Below the pieces are notes generated by a model. That model searched no databases. It saw nothing but the letters and a program-made list of their open reading frames with translations, and was not told the origin of the DNA. The position numbers were made by a program, and so were the translations under genes. A stretch of 64,000 nt of DNA. It comes from Alphaproteobacteria bacterium. Lineage in GTDB: Bacteria; Pseudomonadota; Alphaproteobacteria; UBA11222. Positions 33,895 to 44,050 of the stretch are shown in pieces. The stretch is from positions 420-64,419 of the forward strand of contig SHWM01000002.1 in the NCBI GenBank assembly GCA_009693835.1, written 5' to 3'. The stretch's first letter is position 1; each line of letters begins with the position of its first letter.

Positions 33895-34467
33895 TCAGGG
33901 TCCCCGACAAATCAGAAGAGCAACCCCCTGAAGGACCCATTCCGGAGTATGGATCAGGGGGGAAACGGCTTCGGGACGCCAAAGCAGTGCGATGGCACCT
34001 GTCGTGAGAATACCAAAGCCGAACCCGGCGGCATTGGAGGCGATGGCGAGAGAAATCTTGCTAATATCAACGCCGGCCGCGCGATACAGGCGCATCCTCA
34101 CCTGGCCGCCGGTAAGTACGCCCAAACCGGCCGTATTGGAAATCGCGTAAGCGGTGAAGGCTGTCTGGGCAGTGATCCAATAGGGCACTTCGGCTTTTAC
34201 ATAGCGCAATGAAGAATAGTCATAACCGGTCAGCGCTACAAAACTGATCGCCGTCGCCAGCAGCGCGAGCGAAAGCTGAATCTGATCCGTGGTGCGTGTC
34301 GTCTCCAGAACAGTATCGTAATTGAATTGCGCCACAAGATCGTGGATGGCCTCATAGAATAAAATTCCTATGACCAGGGCCAGGGCGGCAAAGAGCCAAT
34401 ATCTCCACCGCTGAAAGAAATTAACGGCAAGGATTAATCTGGATTCTGGCCCGCCCGTTTGCCACAT
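33895..34467 (-). CDS. MprF-like (LPG-synthase TM/flippase-type) membrane domain fragment
   Basis: 190-aa polytopic segment resembling the N-terminal TM region of MprF/LpiA. It ends 50 nt before the start of 32658..33845 and is offset by 1 nt. This is probably one gene split by a frameshift. Confidence 0.4.
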   Translation of the reverse strand: MWQTGGPESRLILAVNFFQRWRYWLFAALALVIGILFYEAIHDLVAQFNYDTVLETTRTTDQIQLSLALLATAISFVALTGYDYSSLRYVKAEVPYWITAQTAFTAYAISNTAGLGVLTGGQVRMRLYRAAGVDISKISLAIASNAAGFGFGILTTGAIALLWRPEAVSPLIHTPEWVLQGVALLICRGP

Positions 34468-34697
34468 GCCTTCAATGCCGGGGAGTGTTCCCCTGCCGTG
34501 GCCCGTAATCCGGCGTTGGGACTCATTAGTGCTTTGCGCTCTTTCGTCAGTTTTCCGCGCGGATGACGCGGGCGGCAGGACAATTGTATCACGGCGTTAG
34601 GTGTGCGTGTGATCGCGGAAAATCAACTCTGGCCAAAAGGCTAATTTTTGCCCACACTCCACCCTAAACAATAACCGGAAAAAATGGGAGGGGAGCG

Positions 34698-35549
34698 ATG
34701 AAAACGCTGCAACTGGAGGCTTTTGTACAAGATTTCGTGTTTCTCGAAGGCCCGCGCTGGCGCGACGGTCTGTTATGGGTTTCGGATATGTTCGGCAAGG
34801 CGGTTTATACGCTGACACCGGACGGGGCGCGAACCAAAATCGTCGATGTTCCCGGCAGGCCTTCCGGCATCGGGTTCCTGCCGGACAAGACCCCGGTCGT
34901 GGTGTCCATGGCCGATCGCTGTCTGTACAAGATTGTGAACGGCAAACTGGCGCTGCATTCAGATATGTCCAAACTGGTGAACAGCGACATCAATGACATG
35001 GTGATAGACGCCAGGGGCAATGCCTATGTCGGCAATATTGGATCGGACCTGTTCAAAGGCGCGGCGGTGCAGCCCACAAATTTTGTTCTTGTAACCGTGG
35101 ACGGCAAGGCGCGTGAAGTCGCCAAGGGGATGCTGGTCCCAAACGGCCCGGTCGTGACGTCTAATGGCAAGACGCTGATTGTAGCGGAAACCTATGGCAA
35201 GAAGCTGACCGCCTTTGATATCCAGAGTGATGGCGCGTTGAGCAACCAGCGGGTGTTCGCCGATCTGGACGGGGCCGAGCCCGACGGCATCTGTCTGGAC
35301 GCAGACGGCGCGGTGTGGCTGGCGGCGATCAATCGCGGCGGCTTCCTGCGTGTGAAGGAAGGCGGCGAGGTGACCCACAAGATCGAGACTGGTGACCGGA
35401 CGGCTATTGCCTGCACCCTGGGCGGGGCGGATGGCCGCACTTTCTATGGGCTGACCTATAAAGGATCCATCGCCGATATTGGCAAAGGCCAGGCGGCAGC
35501 ACGCATCGAGACGGTCCGTGTGGATGTGGGCGCATCGGGTTCACCGTAG
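34698..35549 (+). CDS. SMP-30/gluconolactonase/LRE-like lactonase
   Basis: LEGPRWRDGLLW N-terminus and a 6-bladed propeller signature (DxxG repeats); 283 aa. Confidence 0.7.
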   Translation: MKTLQLEAFVQDFVFLEGPRWRDGLLWVSDMFGKAVYTLTPDGARTKIVDVPGRPSGIGFLPDKTPVVVSMADRCLYKIVNGKLALHSDMSKLVNSDINDMVIDARGNAYVGNIGSDLFKGAAVQPTNFVLVTVDGKAREVAKGMLVPNGPVVTSNGKTLIVAETYGKKLTAFDIQSDGALSNQRVFADLDGAEPDGICLDADGAVWLAAINRGGFLRVKEGGEVTHKIETGDRTAIACTLGGADGRTFYGLTYKGSIADIGKGQAAARIETVRVDVGASGSP

Positions 35550-35570
35550 GCAAGCTGGGAGGGCGCAGAC

Positions 35571-36422
35571 ATGATTACGCAGCAATTGGAAGTTTTGGCC
35601 GGCGAGTTTGCATTTCTTGAAGGTCCGCGCTGGCGCGACGGCAAATTATGGCTGTCCGATGTGTTCGGCAAGGCTATCTATACCGTGACGGCGGACGGCG
35701 CTCGGACCAAGATTCTGGACGTACCGAAAGGGCCGTCGGGCCTTGGCTTTTTGCCCGATAAGACACCCGTCTTTGCGTCCATGGCTGACCGGTGTCTGTA
35801 TAAAATCGTGAATGGCCAAATGGTGCTGCACGCCGATATTTCAAAACTGGTGAACAGCGACATCAACGACATGGTGATCGACGCCAAAGGCAACGCCTAT
35901 GTCGGGAATATGGGCTATGACCTGTTTGGCGGTGAGGAGATGAAACCCACCAACATGATTCTGGTGACCGCCGAAGGCAAGGCCCGCGAGGTCGCCGATG
36001 GCCTGGCGTTTCCCAATGGCCCGGTGATCACGCCGGATGGCAAAATTCTTATTGTGGCGGAATCCTTTGGCCGCAAACTGACGGCGTTTGACATTCAGGC
36101 CGATGGATCGCTCAAAAACCAGCGACTATTTGCGGATCTGGATGGGGCGGAGCCGGATGGCATCTGCCTCGACGCCGAGGGCGCTGTGTGGCTGGCGGCT
36201 ATCAATCGCGGCGGTTTCCTGCGCGTGAAGGAAGGCGGCGAGGTAACCCACAAGATCGAGACCGGCAAGCGCATGGCCATTGCCTGTACGCTGGGCGGCG
36301 CGGATGGACACACTTTCTATGCGCTGACCTTCGGAGGGGCGTTCAAGGAAATTTCCAAGGGCGGCCGCAATTCGCGTATCGAAACCACCCGCGTGGAGGT
36401 GGGCGCTTCAGGATCACCGTAA
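35571..36422 (+). CDS. SMP-30/gluconolactonase/LRE-like lactonase (tandem paralog)
   Basis: Colinear paralog of 34698..35549, with near-identical segments. Confidence 0.7.
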   Translation: MITQQLEVLAGEFAFLEGPRWRDGKLWLSDVFGKAIYTVTADGARTKILDVPKGPSGLGFLPDKTPVFASMADRCLYKIVNGQMVLHADISKLVNSDINDMVIDAKGNAYVGNMGYDLFGGEEMKPTNMILVTAEGKAREVADGLAFPNGPVITPDGKILIVAESFGRKLTAFDIQADGSLKNQRLFADLDGAEPDGICLDAEGAVWLAAINRGGFLRVKEGGEVTHKIETGKRMAIACTLGGADGHTFYALTFGGAFKEISKGGRNSRIETTRVEVGASGSP

Positions 36423-36567
36423 ATATAGGGGCTAGAGCAGCGTGCGATTAGCTGGAATCGTTTAGAATTCCAGCTAATCGTATAAAGCTGCTCTAACACA
36501 TTAAAACATAGAGCAATTTTATGTTTTTAGGTGGAACTCCACCGGTTCAACCTAAAAACGTATTGCT
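36423..36567. repeat. AT-rich MITE-like element with two long imperfect hairpins
   Basis: The first hairpin is gctagagcagc...gattagctggaat-cgtttaga-attccagctaatcg...gctgctctaac. The second is tagagcaattttatgtttttagg-(tggaactccaccggttcaa)-cctaaaaacgtattgctcta. GC is far lower than in the flanking convergent genes. Confidence 0.55.
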
Positions 36568-37410
36568 CTAACTTATTGGTACGCCCTCGAGCGTAATGCG
36601 GTGCATGAGGCGGCGCTGGCCCTGATAATCGTTCAGCGCATAATGCCAGGTCGAACGGTTGTCCCACAGGGCGATGGAGCCGGGTTTCCACTGAAAGCGG
36701 GTCTGGAATTCAGGGTGGGACGCATGCTCGTAAAGATAGTCAAGCAGGGGTTGGCTTTCCTGCTTTGTCCAGCCGTCAAAATGCGTCGTGAAGCCCTGAT
36801 TGACATAGAGTATTTTGCGCTGCGTGTCCGGGTGGCGGATGATGACGGGATGGATGGCGTCCTGGTTCGCCAGTTCCGGATTGCCAATGCGGCCCGAAAC
36901 CCCCTTTGTATATTCCGAACTGGCACCAAAAACATGGCGGCTGGAATGCACGGCCCGCAGCCCTTCCAAAGTCTTTTTCAGGCCTTGCGACAGCGCGTCG
37001 TAAGCCAGGCTCATGCTGCTGAACAGCGTGTCGCCGCCATGTTCCGGAACCTCGCGCGCGAGCAGGATGGACCCAAGCGCCGGTATCTGATCATAGCTGT
37101 GGTCGGTATGCCAGCCGCCGCCGATATTGGTGGTTTGATCGGGTTCCTTCCTGACTTCGGCGATTTTCGGAAAGCCCTCAACCGCTTTGAAGAACCGGTT
37201 GATGTTGATGGTCCCCATACGCTCGGCAAACCCGATATGCTGTTCAGGCGTAAGCACCTGATCGCGGAAAAAGATCACGCCATATTCCTGAAACATCGCC
37301 TTGATATCGGCAATGGTCTGATCATCCAGCGGGTGGGAAAGATCAATCCCCAGCAGTTCAGCGCCCAGCGCGCCCGATGACGGTTTAACGGTGAATCCTT
37401 GGCCAGGCAT
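36568..37410 (-). CDS. TauD/TfdA family Fe(II)/2-oxoglutarate-dependent dioxygenase
   Basis: HTDHSY (HxD) and a distal His region; 280 aa. Confidence 0.75.
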   Translation of the reverse strand: MPGQGFTVKPSSGALGAELLGIDLSHPLDDQTIADIKAMFQEYGVIFFRDQVLTPEQHIGFAERMGTININRFFKAVEGFPKIAEVRKEPDQTTNIGGGWHTDHSYDQIPALGSILLAREVPEHGGDTLFSSMSLAYDALSQGLKKTLEGLRAVHSSRHVFGASSEYTKGVSGRIGNPELANQDAIHPVIIRHPDTQRKILYVNQGFTTHFDGWTKQESQPLLDYLYEHASHPEFQTRFQWKPGSIALWDNRSTWHYALNDYQGQRRLMHRITLEGVPIS

Positions 37411-37743
37411 TATGGCAGCCTCCAGCTAGGTGATGATGTCAGACATTGCCCCTATATTCGGCTGGCAGAATGGATATGTCAAAGAGGACCGCAGAGAAAC
37501 GCCGGCCGGCTCCTGTAATCCGAGTTTCGGCATAAGCCGCAGGGCGATCATCTTCAATGGACTTACGGGAAGCGTACGGCCGTGGATTATCGCCACGAAT
37601 ACAAATGGCGGGAATATTCGTGCTTGACTAATCAGAACAAAACATAAACAATATATGGAGCCTACGGTCATGCGGGTTTGGCTTGCCTGGGGCGCGGCGC
37701 TGGTCCAACATTACGCAACATAGAAAATGAACGGGAGAAAACC

Positions 37744-38925
37744 ATGACGGGCGTACTGGAAGGCATTCGGGTTCTCGATTTTGGGCGTTATATTGCCGGG
37801 CCATTTTGTTCGGCGCTGCTTGGGGACATGGGGGCGGATGTGATCCGCATCGAACGTCCAGGTGGCGGCGAGGACCGTGTCGTTAGTCCGGTGACGGATG
37901 ATGGCATAAGCGCGGGATTTTTTCAGCTGAACCGTAACAAGCGGTCACTGACACTGAACCCGACCTCGAAAGAAGGGCGTGAAATTGTCAAGAAACTGGT
38001 GGCGACCGCAGATGTGGTTGTCGCTAATCTGCCGCCCCAGTCGCTGTTTTCCATGGGGCTGGATCTGGAAAGCCTGCACGCCATTAATCCGCGCGTGATC
38101 CTTACCACCGGTTCGGCCTATGGCCGCGGCGGGCCCTACAGTGACCGGGTGGGTTTTGACGGCATCGGCCAGGTCATGTCCGGCAACACTTATATGTCAG
38201 GTGCGGACGAAGAGCATCCGGGCAAGAGTCTTTTCCCCTATGTGGATTATGGCACGGCGACGAATTGCGCGATGGGCACGCTGGCGGCGCTGATGGCGCG
38301 CGAGCGCACCGGCAAGGGGCAGATGGTGGAAGGCTCGCTCTTACGCACGGCCCTGACCATCGCCAATGGCTGCCTGATCGAAGAGGACATGCTGGAGCTG
38401 GACCGCAAGCCGCAGGGCAATCGCGGCTACAGCTCCGCGCCGTCGGACATATTCAGGGCCAAGGATGGTTTTATTCTGGCCCAGGTGGTCAGCGACACGC
38501 TGTTCAAGCGCTGGACCACGCTGATTGGCGAGCCGGACTGGCCCGCGGATCCGCGCTTCAAGGATGACACGGTGCGCGGCATCAATAGCAAGATCATCAG
38601 TGACCGGATGAATAAATGGTGCGCCAGCTATACCTGCGAGGAGGCGACGACGCTTTTAGCCGAGGCCAAAATTCCTTCCGGCCGGGTGAACAGCCCGCGT
38701 CAGGCGCTGAATGATCCGCATATCCAGACCATGTTCATCAAGCAGGATTATCCGACCCTGAAAAAGCCCGCACAGGTTGTCGGGCCGCCAACCCTGCTGT
38801 CCGACACGCCGCTGGAGTTTCGCCGGCGCGCGCCGACGGTTGGCGAACATACCGATGAAATTTTGCTCGGACTCGGCTATACTCAGGGTGGAATCGCGGA
38901 ACTGCGTGCAAACAACATCATCTGA
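37744..38925 (+). CDS. CoA-transferase family III (CaiB/BaiF)
   Basis: GIRVLDFGRYIAGPFCSALLGDMGADVIRIE N-terminus is typical of the family. Start is ATG at 37744. Confidence 0.8.
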   Translation: MTGVLEGIRVLDFGRYIAGPFCSALLGDMGADVIRIERPGGGEDRVVSPVTDDGISAGFFQLNRNKRSLTLNPTSKEGREIVKKLVATADVVVANLPPQSLFSMGLDLESLHAINPRVILTTGSAYGRGGPYSDRVGFDGIGQVMSGNTYMSGADEEHPGKSLFPYVDYGTATNCAMGTLAALMARERTGKGQMVEGSLLRTALTIANGCLIEEDMLELDRKPQGNRGYSSAPSDIFRAKDGFILAQVVSDTLFKRWTTLIGEPDWPADPRFKDDTVRGINSKIISDRMNKWCASYTCEEATTLLAEAKIPSGRVNSPRQALNDPHIQTMFIKQDYPTLKKPAQVVGPPTLLSDTPLEFRRRAPTVGEHTDEILLGLGYTQGGIAELRANNII

Positions 38926-39000
38926 CCCCGCGCGGCCATGGCGAAGCCGATGCTTCGCCATGGCGCGTTTGATCAGACCCAGACCGGTAAAGGACAGTCC

Positions 39001-39492
39001 ATGGCAGGCAGCGTGAATAAAGTGATACTGGTCGGTAATCTTGGCGCCGACCCGGAAATCCGGCGTACCCAGGACGGAAGGCCCATCGCCAATCTGCGTA
39101 TTGCCACATCTGAAAACTGGAAAGACAAAAGCACCGGCGAAAGGCGTGAGAAAACCGAGTGGCACCGGGTGGTGATCTTCAACGAGGGTCTGTGCCGCGT
39201 CGTTGAACAATATCTGCGTAAAGGCGCCAAGGTGTATATCGAAGGCCAGTTGCAAACGCGCAAATGGCAGGATCAGTCCGGACAGGACAGATATTCGACC
39301 GAAATCGTGCTGCAGAATTTCAACGGCGTTCTGACCATGCTGGATTCGGCGGGATCGGGCGCATCCGGTGCCCGTGCGCAGATGGGCGGCGGGCAGGGTG
39401 GTGGCTCTGGCGGCGGACGGGATGAGTATGAGTATGAGGATATAGGGGCGGGGGCGGCGTTTGCCGATTTCGACGACAAGGTTCCGTTTTAG
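39001..39492 (+). CDS. ssb: single-stranded DNA-binding protein
   Basis: OB fold ([17 protein letters not shown]), a Gly-rich linker and an acidic DFDDKVPF tail. Start is ATG at 39001. Confidence 0.9.
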   Translation: MAGSVNKVILVGNLGADPEIRRTQDGRPIANLRIATSENWKDKSTGERREKTEWHRVVIFNEGLCRVVEQYLRKGAKVYIEGQLQTRKWQDQSGQDRYSTEIVLQNFNGVLTMLDSAGSGASGARAQMGGGQGGGSGGGRDEYEYEDIGAGAAFADFDDKVPF

Positions 39493-39745
39493 GGCAGCCC
39501 CGCTGATTTAAGTGGGCTGTTGCACGATTGAATTCATCCCGGCCCGGGCGGACGCCAGCCGGTTGATATTCGCTGGTTAGAGCGTTTCGCTATCAGATTG
39601 ACACACCCGGTGCTCAGCCTATCACCCCGGATTTATTCCGGGGTCCAGGAATCTCAAGGGAAAGCTGGAAATTTTTGCCCTGGATCCCGGAACAAGTCCG
39701 GGATGACACGGAGTAGGGTGCTTCAATCCGTTCACAAATTGCTGG

Positions 39746-40543
39746 TTAGCCTGTGAGCGACGCGACGGCGCGTTTGGCCATTACGCCAATCAGGGAGGCG
39801 CGGTATTCGCCGCTGGCATGCATGTCCTGCAGCATTTCCCCGATGGGGGCGGTAATGCCGTCAAGTGCTGCCGGCGTAAAAGTTTTGGCCAGTGCTGTTT
39901 CCATCGCAGTCATGCGGAACACGCCCGGCCCGGCCCCGGTTACCGCGACGCGCACCCCAGCGGCAGAACGCGACACAAAGGCGCCGACCATCGCGTAACG
40001 CGACGCGGGGTTCGGGAATTTCTGATAAGCAGCATTTTGCGGAATCGGAAACACGATCCGGAGAATGATTTCCTTGTCCTTGAGCGCGGTTTCAAACATG
40101 CCCCTGAAATAGTCATCGGCCGGAATTTCACGGCTGTTGGTGACGATAGACGCCCCAAGGCCAAGGCATGCCGCAGGATAATCCGCAGCCGGATCATTAT
40201 TGGCGATCGAGCCGCCGATGGTGCCGCGATGGCGCACCAGAGGATCGCCGATCCGTCCCGCCAGATAGGCCAGCGCGGGGATGGCTCTGGCCACTTCTTT
40301 CGAACTGGCCACATCGGCATGGCGCGTCATGGCCCCGATGGTGACATTTTTTGCGTCCGCACTGATCCCCGAAATTCCGGGTATATCCTGCAGGTCGATC
40401 AGATCGGATGGGGCGGCCAGGCGCTGTTTCATGGTGGCCAGCAGGGTCATGCCGCCAGCAAGAATTTTCGGGCTTTCACACCGCGCCAGCAGTGCCGTCA
40501 CTTCTTCAACCGTCTTGGGCCGATGATATTCAAACTGATACAT
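39746..40543 (-). CDS. Mo-hydroxylase FAD-binding medium subunit (CoxM-like)
   Basis: FAD-binding PCMH-type domain (ILAGGMTLL, GTIGGSIANNDPAAD). Confidence 0.8.
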   Translation of the reverse strand: MYQFEYHRPKTVEEVTALLARCESPKILAGGMTLLATMKQRLAAPSDLIDLQDIPGISGISADAKNVTIGAMTRHADVASSKEVARAIPALAYLAGRIGDPLVRHRGTIGGSIANNDPAADYPAACLGLGASIVTNSREIPADDYFRGMFETALKDKEIILRIVFPIPQNAAYQKFPNPASRYAMVGAFVSRSAAGVRVAVTGAGPGVFRMTAMETALAKTFTPAALDGITAPIGEMLQDMHASGEYRASLIGVMAKRAVASLTG

Positions 40544-40552
40544 GCATTCCTC

Positions 40553-42919
40553 CTATAGCCCGCGCGCGGCGCGCCAGGCGCGCTCCGGCGTCACGGGCAT
40601 GGCAATATCGCGAATGCCCAGCGCATCCGTAATGGCGTTGATAATGGCGGGCGGCGAGCCGATCGCGCCGGCTTCTCCGCAGCCTTTGAGGCCCAGAGGG
40701 TTGGAAGGCGCCGGGGTAATGGTCACGCCGACATCGAAGCTCGGCAGATTGTCGGCGCGCGGCATGCAGTAATCCATGAAGGAGCCGCTGAGAAGCTGCC
40801 CGGTTTCGGGATCATAGACCGCATGCTCTAGCAATGCCTGGCCTATGCCCTGCGCCACGCCGCCATGCACCTGTCCTTCGACAATCATCGGGTTGATGAT
40901 ATTGCCGAAATCATCCACGGCGACAAATTTTTCCACCCGCACCACGCCGGTTTCGGGATCCACCTCGACTTCGGCGATATGGCACCCCGCCGGAAAGGTG
41001 AAATTGGTCGGGTCATAGAAGGAGCTTTCCTTCAACCCCGGTTCAATTTCGCTGGTCGGGAATTTATGTCCCGTATAGGCCTGCAGCGCCAGTTCGGCAA
41101 AGGCCATCCCCCGATCCGTGCCGGCGACGGAGAAGCGGCCGTCCTCGAACACGATGTCGCCTTCGCCCGCTTCCAGAACGTGCGCCGCGATCTTGCGGGC
41201 CTTGGCGATTACCTTGTCCAGCGCCACCTGAATGGCGGACATGCCAACGGCGCCGGAACGTGACCCATAGGTTCCCATGCCAAACTGCACCTTGTCGGTG
41301 TCGCCATGCACGATCTCCACATTATCAATGGGAATGCCGAGCCGGTCGGACACAAGCTGCGCAAAGGTGGTCTCATGCCCCTGTCCGTGACTATGCGCGC
41401 CTGTCAACACTTCCACGCTGCCGGTGGGGTTCACCCGCACTTCCGCGGATTCCCAAAGCCCGACACCCGCGCCAAGCGAGCCAACCGCCGCCGAGGGCGC
41501 AATGCCGCAGGCCTCTATATAGGCGGAAAAGCCGATGCCACGGCGCATGCCGCGGGATTCGGACTCGCGCCTGCGGGCGGGAAAATCCGCGTAATTGATC
41601 AGCCGGCACGCTTCGTTCAGCGACGCCTCATAATCCCCCACGTCATAGGCCATGATGACCGGCGTCTGATGCGGAAATTTGCGGATGAAATTCCTGCGCC
41701 GGAATTCGGCTGGATCCATGCCGATCTCGCGCGCCGCCGTTTCCACCAGCCGCTCCAGCACATAGGTCGCCTCCGGCCGGCCCGCGCCGCGATAGGCGTC
41801 AACGGGCGCGGTATGGGTCAGGACCCCGTCCACCTCACAATAGATGGCGGGCAGATCATATTGACCGGACAATAATGTGGCATACAGATAGGTCGGCACC
41901 GAAGACGAGAAAAGCTGCAAATACGCCCCAAGATTGGCGATGGTTTTGACGCGCAGCCCCAGCATTTTGCCATTGGCGTCCAGCGCCAGTTCGGCATGGG
42001 TCTGATGGTCGCGGCCATGCGCGTCGGAGACAAAACTTTCCGAACGTTCAGCAACCCATTTTACCGGGCGGCCAACTTTTTTAGACGCCCAGACACAGAC
42101 GGTTTCCTCGGAATAAATAAAAATCTTGGAACCAAACCCGCCGCCGACATCCGTTGCGATCACGCGCAATTTATTCTCGGGCGCCAACCCCACAAAGGCG
42201 GACAGCACGAGGCGGGCCACATGCGGGTTCTGGCTGGTCGTATGCAGCGTGTAAATGCCGGTGCCCTTGTCGTACTCGCCAATGGCCGCGCGCGGCTCCA
42301 TGGCGTTGGGGATCAGCCGGTTATTGGCGAAGTCGAGGCGCACAATCTTCGCGGCTTTGCTGAAGGCGGCTTCGGTCGCCGCCCTGTCGCCCAGCTCCCA
42401 TTCAAAACAGGTATTGCGTGGCGCCTCGGGATGCACCTGCGCCGCGGCCTTGTCCTGCGCCTGCGCCACCGCACTCACGGAAGCAAGCTCTCCATAGCTG
42501 ACATTGACCAGATCCGCCGCGTCTTTGGCTTGGGCCGCTGTTTCGGCAATCACCACCGCCACATGGTCGCCCACATATCGCACATGGGTGAGCGCCAGAA
42601 CCGGATGCGCCCCGGTTTTCATCGGGCTGCCATCCTTTGAATGGATCAGCCAGCCGCAGATCAGGCCGCCCAGCCCGTCTGCCGCAACATCCTTTCCAGT
42701 CAGCACCGAAAGAACCCCCGGCGCCGCCAGCGCATCAGCGAAATCAATGGCGTCAATAGTGGCGTGGGCATGCGGCGAGCGGACAAAGTAGGCGTAGGCC
42801 TGGCCCTGGCGGTTGATATCGTCCGTATAATTACCATTGCCGGTTATGAAGCGAAAATCTTCCTTGCGCCGGACGGCGGCGCCAATTCCAGTAGCTTTCC
42901 TGGCATCGGTAGCGTTCAT
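40553..42919 (-). CDS. Mo-hydroxylase molybdopterin-binding large subunit, form II CoxL-type (AYRGAGR)
   Basis: 788 aa in the xanthine dehydrogenase/aldehyde oxidase family. The active-site loop reads [12 protein letters not shown] (form II), not the AYXCSFR of bona fide CO dehydrogenase. Confidence 0.8.
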   Translation of the reverse strand: MNATDARKATGIGAAVRRKEDFRFITGNGNYTDDINRQGQAYAYFVRSPHAHATIDAIDFADALAAPGVLSVLTGKDVAADGLGGLICGWLIHSKDGSPMKTGAHPVLALTHVRYVGDHVAVVIAETAAQAKDAADLVNVSYGELASVSAVAQAQDKAAAQVHPEAPRNTCFEWELGDRAATEAAFSKAAKIVRLDFANNRLIPNAMEPRAAIGEYDKGTGIYTLHTTSQNPHVARLVLSAFVGLAPENKLRVIATDVGGGFGSKIFIYSEETVCVWASKKVGRPVKWVAERSESFVSDAHGRDHQTHAELALDANGKMLGLRVKTIANLGAYLQLFSSSVPTYLYATLLSGQYDLPAIYCEVDGVLTHTAPVDAYRGAGRPEATYVLERLVETAAREIGMDPAEFRRRNFIRKFPHQTPVIMAYDVGDYEASLNEACRLINYADFPARRRESESRGMRRGIGFSAYIEACGIAPSAAVGSLGAGVGLWESAEVRVNPTGSVEVLTGAHSHGQGHETTFAQLVSDRLGIPIDNVEIVHGDTDKVQFGMGTYGSRSGAVGMSAIQVALDKVIAKARKIAAHVLEAGEGDIVFEDGRFSVAGTDRGMAFAELALQAYTGHKFPTSEIEPGLKESSFYDPTNFTFPAGCHIAEVEVDPETGVVRVEKFVAVDDFGNIINPMIVEGQVHGGVAQGIGQALLEHAVYDPETGQLLSGSFMDYCMPRADNLPSFDVGVTITPAPSNPLGLKGCGEAGAIGSPPAIINAITDALGIRDIAMPVTPERAWRAARGL

Positions 42920-42940
42920 GACGCTGGCTCCTTGCGCTGA

Positions 42941-43432
<492 letters not shown>

Positions 43433-43456
43433 CTTAAACCAATTCGGGCTTTTGCT

Positions 43457-44017
43457 CTACAGAACAAACAGCACAATCATGATCGCCATGATCAGGATCA
43501 GGCCAGGAATCCAGACGATGGGGCGGAGCCCAGGCGGTGTGGTTTTTGCCCCGGCCGTTAGCGCAGCCGGGGATTTCTCGCCGCCCAGAATGATGCTGAA
43601 ATTGCCAAAAAATTCTTCCGATAGTTTTTTGGCGACACCATCAATCAGGCGCTGCCCGATCTGCGCCAGTTTGCCGCCCACACTGGCCTGCGCAGAATAA
43701 TGCAGCACGGTGACGCCGCCTTCCTCGGTCAAGACCACTTTGGCGATGCCCTTCGCAAACCCGGCGGGCCCGCCCTTGCCCTGTCCCGTCAGCGTGTAAC
43801 TGTGCGGCGGATTGACGTCGGACAGCACCACGGACCCTTTGAAGGTCGCCTTGACGGGGCCAATGGACGCCATGACGGCCCCTTCCATTTCCGTATCGCT
43901 CAGCCGCGTGATGGACTGGCAACCGGGAACAGAACGCTGCAGAATTTCGGGATCGTTCAGCGCCGCCCATACCTTTTCCCGCGCCGCCGGGATACGAAAC
44001 TCGCCAGACATTTCCAT
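43457..44017 (-). CDS. CoxG family (SRPBCC) protein
   Basis: CoxG-like N-terminus (MEMSGEFRIPAAREKVWAALNDPEIL) with a C-terminal hydrophobic tail. Confidence 0.7.
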   Translation of the reverse strand: MEMSGEFRIPAAREKVWAALNDPEILQRSVPGCQSITRLSDTEMEGAVMASIGPVKATFKGSVVLSDVNPPHSYTLTGQGKGGPAGFAKGIAKVVLTEEGGVTVLHYSAQASVGGKLAQIGQRLIDGVAKKLSEEFFGNFSIILGGEKSPAALTAGAKTTPPGLRPIVWIPGLILIMAIMIVLFVL

Positions 44018-44050
44018 GCGTTACTACTCTTTCTGCAGGTTCTTTCCGGT

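Noticed and set aside
36500-36560. tRNA-like sequence (GGTTCAACC T-loop-like motif) in the AT-rich element
   Set aside because: No acceptor stem/anticodon cloverleaf can be built; the motif is part of the loop of a long hairpin.
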